Positions 8,095-10,131 of a stretch of DNA of 10,131 nt are shown in pieces. The number at the start of each line of letters is the position of its first letter. Within the stretch, counting starts at the first letter, position 1. This DNA is from Candidatus Odinarchaeota archaeon (lineage in GTDB: Archaea > Asgardarchaeota > Odinarchaeia > Odinarchaeales > Odinarchaeaceae): NCBI GenBank assembly GCA_038826135.1, contig JAWBON010000042.1, positions 1 to 10,131 on the forward strand, written 5' to 3'. Below the pieces are notes generated by a model, which had not been told where the DNA came from, did no database searches, and saw nothing but the letters and a program-made list of their open reading frames with translations. The translations under genes were made by a program, and so were the position numbers.

Positions 8095-8117
8095 ATAAGC
8101 TTTTAAACTCAGCGGAA
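8095..8117 (+). other. tRNA intron B (23 nt), in tandem at the 3' splice junction of intron A
   Basis: BHB motif: CCGC 8089-8092 pairs with GCGG 8112-8115; bulges AA^A (8093-8095) and AA^T (8116-8118); closing pairs T8096-A8111 and A8088-T8119. Confidence 0.7.
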
Positions 8118-8184
8118 TTCGGGGGTTCGAAACCCTCCCCGCCCACCATAAAAACTAAAATATTAAAATGTCAGCGATACTATA

Positions 8185-8199
8185 CAAAAAATTTAATAA
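8185..8199 (+). promoter_or_regulatory. Putative BRE/TATA promoter of glnA
   Basis: CAAAAAA followed by TTTAATAA (8192-8199), about 55 nt upstream of the ATG. SD-like GATGTGAT at 8242-8249. Confidence 0.45.
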
Positions 8200-8252
8200 T
8201 CCCCTCATTGTTAAATACTCGTATTAATGCAGCTCTTTAGTGATGTGATGCT

Positions 8253-9614
8253 ATGATTGACTATAATGATCCTAAACGTGAAGAGTATGTTCAAAGCGTT
8301 ATGAAAACCATCCGCGATAAAAAATTAAAATTTGTGAGGCTTCAATTCATAGACATTAACGGGATGGTTAAAAGTTTTGCTATATCTACCCATTACGTTG
8401 AAGATGCTTTACACCACGGTCAAGCCTTTGACGGGAGCTCTGTTACAGGATTCGGTCAAGTTGAAGAATCAGATATGATTGTTATACCCGACCCGTCTAC
8501 TTTTAACATAATCCCGTGGCGTAAAGAAGAGATTTCAACCTGTAGAATGATCTGCGACGTTTACACGCCTGAGGGGCAGAGGTTTGAAGGTGATCCAAGA
8601 TACATTCTTTATAAATCTGTTAAAAGAGCGGAGGAGATGGGTTACAAATATTTCTGCGCTCCCGAGCTTGAATTCTTTATTATGAGTCCGACTCAAGATT
8701 TAGCTAAACCTAAGCCGATAGATCTACGCGGCTATTTTGATCTTAATCCAGGCGGTGAAACAGAAGATTTAAGGAGAGAAATATGCGATACCGCTGAACA
8801 GTTTGGGATAAGTATAGAAGTCTCCCATCACGAGGTGGCTATGGGCCAGAATGAAATAGATTTCAGGTACGGTGAAGCATTAGAAACCGCTGACCGAACA
8901 GTGACTATGAAAACTATTATTAAAAATGTTGCTGCTCAAAGAGGCTACATCGCAACATTTATGCCTAAACCATTTTTCGGCGTTAACGGTTCAGGTATGC
9001 ATGTTCACCAGTCATTATGGTCTTCAAAAGGAGAAAATCTGTTTTACGATGAAAATTCTAAGCTAAACTCTCTATCGCAGACAGCTTTAAGCTTTATAGC
9101 CGGCCAGTTAAAATACGGTAGAGAGATGTGCGCGGTTTTAGCTTCCTGGCCTAACTCTTATAAGCGACTGTTACCTGGTTATGAGGCCCCTGTTTATATA
9201 GCATGGGGGTTCAAAAACAGGTCCCCTCTTATAAGGGTACCCAACTTTTATAAGAGGCCTTCAGCTGCTAGAATTGAAATAAGATGCCCTGATCCAGCAG
9301 GTAACCCTTATCTTCAAATAGCTGTCCTATTACAGGCAGGTTTGGAGGGTGTAAAGAATAAGCTTCAACCCCCAGAACCTACTGACCTTAACGTCTACAA
9401 GCTGTCATTCGAGGAGAGGAAGAAGATGGGTATAGTTTCTTTACCTGAAACATTCGGGGAGTCTCTTAACGAGTTTGAAAACAGCTCTTTTATGAAACAG
9501 GTTTTAGGGAAGACAGCGTTCACAAACTTCCTACTAGTTAAAAGAAAAGAGTGGGATGAGTACAAATCTAGTATAAGCGAATGGGAAATAGAAAGATATC
9601 TTACAAGATTATAA
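8253..9614 (+). CDS. glnA: Glutamine synthetase type I (GSI-alpha size class)
   Basis: FDGSS..GF..VEESDM, PELEFF, SHHEVA.GQNEIDF, FMPKPFFGVNGSGMHVHQS, NSYKRLLPGYEAP, NRS.LIRVP, RIEIRCPDPAGNPYL; 453 aa. Confidence 0.97.
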   Translation: MIDYNDPKREEYVQSVMKTIRDKKLKFVRLQFIDINGMVKSFAISTHYVEDALHHGQAFDGSSVTGFGQVEESDMIVIPDPSTFNIIPWRKEEISTCRMICDVYTPEGQRFEGDPRYILYKSVKRAEEMGYKYFCAPELEFFIMSPTQDLAKPKPIDLRGYFDLNPGGETEDLRREICDTAEQFGISIEVSHHEVAMGQNEIDFRYGEALETADRTVTMKTIIKNVAAQRGYIATFMPKPFFGVNGSGMHVHQSLWSSKGENLFYDENSKLNSLSQTALSFIAGQLKYGREMCAVLASWPNSYKRLLPGYEAPVYIAWGFKNRSPLIRVPNFYKRPSAARIEIRCPDPAGNPYLQIAVLLQAGLEGVKNKLQPPEPTDLNVYKLSFEERKKMGIVSLPETFGESLNEFENSSFMKQVLGKTAFTNFLLVKRKEWDEYKSSISEWEIERYLTRL

Positions 9615-9620
9615 TCTTGT
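9603..9620. repeat. Perfect 18-bp palindrome spanning the glnA stop codon
   Basis: ACAAGATTA|TAATCTTGT is its own reverse complement. Confidence 0.9.
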
Positions 9621-9648
9621 TATTCAAACCAGATTTAGAGAAATAAAT

Positions 9649-10131
9649 CTAAATTATAAAATACGCGATTAACAGCGGTATCATACCTATGAACAAGGCG
9701 ATCGGCAGTCCTGGCATGATCTCCCTTTTAACCAGCACCAGAAACGTAATCGCCAATCCCGTGATTAGACTGAGTATTGAAAGCAACCAGACTAATAAGC
9801 CGTAGAAGAGGAGAGTGTGCGCTACTAGAATCGAGTAGAAAACTAGGTCGCCTATTCCAATCTCCCATGAACCTATATTAACATATAATTTAACGCTTAA
9901 ACCGCCTTTTCTCTCAGCGACCTGTATGGTCTTCTTTATAGGGCCTTTTATAACAGAGTATATGTCGTATAATGATAAACCCACCATTATAAATATTAGA
10001 ATTAAAGTCGGTAAGATCAAAGATAGAAACACGCTAACCAGTGAACTGTAAACTATCATAGATGTGTTTCTAAGCTTTGAACTCGCTTTATCAACAGTGG
10101 CGGCGTATGCTGAAACACCTCCTATAATCAC
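9649..10131 (-). CDS. Presenilin-like (GxGD, A22) intramembrane aspartyl protease, C-terminal part (5'-truncated by the window edge)
   Basis: Multiple hydrophobic segments; YD motif (GLSLYDIYSV..KGP), GxGD motif (IGIGDLVFYSILV) and PAL-like motif (MPGLPIA), in the presenilin order. The GTG at 10131 is simply the window edge, not a supported start. Confidence 0.9.
   Translation of the reverse strand: MIIGGVSAYAATVDKASSKLRNTSMIVYSSLVSVFLSLILPTLILIFIMVGLSLYDIYSVIKGPIKKTIQVAERKGGLSVKLYVNIGSWEIGIGDLVFYSILVAHTLLFYGLLVWLLSILSLITGLAITFLVLVKREIMPGLPIALFIGMIPLLIAYFII

Larger units (their letters stand above)
8027..8148 (+). tRNA. tRNA-Val (anticodon CAC) with encoded CCA and a 46-nt intervening sequence in the variable loop
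   Basis: Acceptor stem GGGCGGG/CCCGCCC; D arm GTCT-AGGGGTTA-TGAC; anticodon arm CCGCC-CTCACAC-GGCGG with CAC at 8060-8062; T arm GGGGG-TTCGAAA-CCCTC; discriminator A plus CCA at 8145-8148. Removing 8072-8117 gives exactly 76 nt. Confidence 0.95.

Noticed and set aside
8066-8116. The tRNA insert as a mini mobile element with a 5-bp GCGGA target-site duplication and internal inverted repeats
   Set aside because: The repeated GCGG is exactly what the second BHB requires, and both cut pairs fall at canonical bulge positions. No transposase or integrase is nearby, and the inverted repeats are not terminal. It is not fully excluded as the historical origin.
8066-8118. A single 46-nt intron
   Set aside because: No junction from 39/40 to 46/47 yields a paired 4-bp central helix flanked by 3-nt bulges.
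1-10131. CRISPR array, transposase/integrase, rRNA, or recoded in-frame stop codons
   Set aside because: I found no periodic repeats, mobile-element proteins, rRNA motifs or interrupted reading frames.

Overview
This is an AT-rich archaeal housekeeping region (TACK/Asgard-like by gene content and protein style; the lineage cannot be confirmed from sequence alone). Gene order: 3' end of a NusA-like KH protein (+), aspS (+), truD (-), pth2 (-), a geranylgeranyl-reductase-family flavoprotein (+), a Zn-finger small protein plus EF-1beta (+), cdc48 plus a small winged-helix protein (+), rpl40e (+), tRNA-Val(CAC) (+), glnA (+), and the C-terminal part of a presenilin-like GxGD protease (-). The ORF track misses three CDSs (KH protein end, Zn-finger, rpl40e) and misplaces several starts. 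The main finding is a 46-nt insert in the tRNA-Val variable loop. It resolves into two back-to-back 23-nt introns at position 45/46 that share one helix strand (CCGC), implying an obligatory splicing order. Also notable: aspS and the GGR-family gene appear to require non-canonical start codons (ATA/ACG and CTG). No mobile element or CRISPR array was found.
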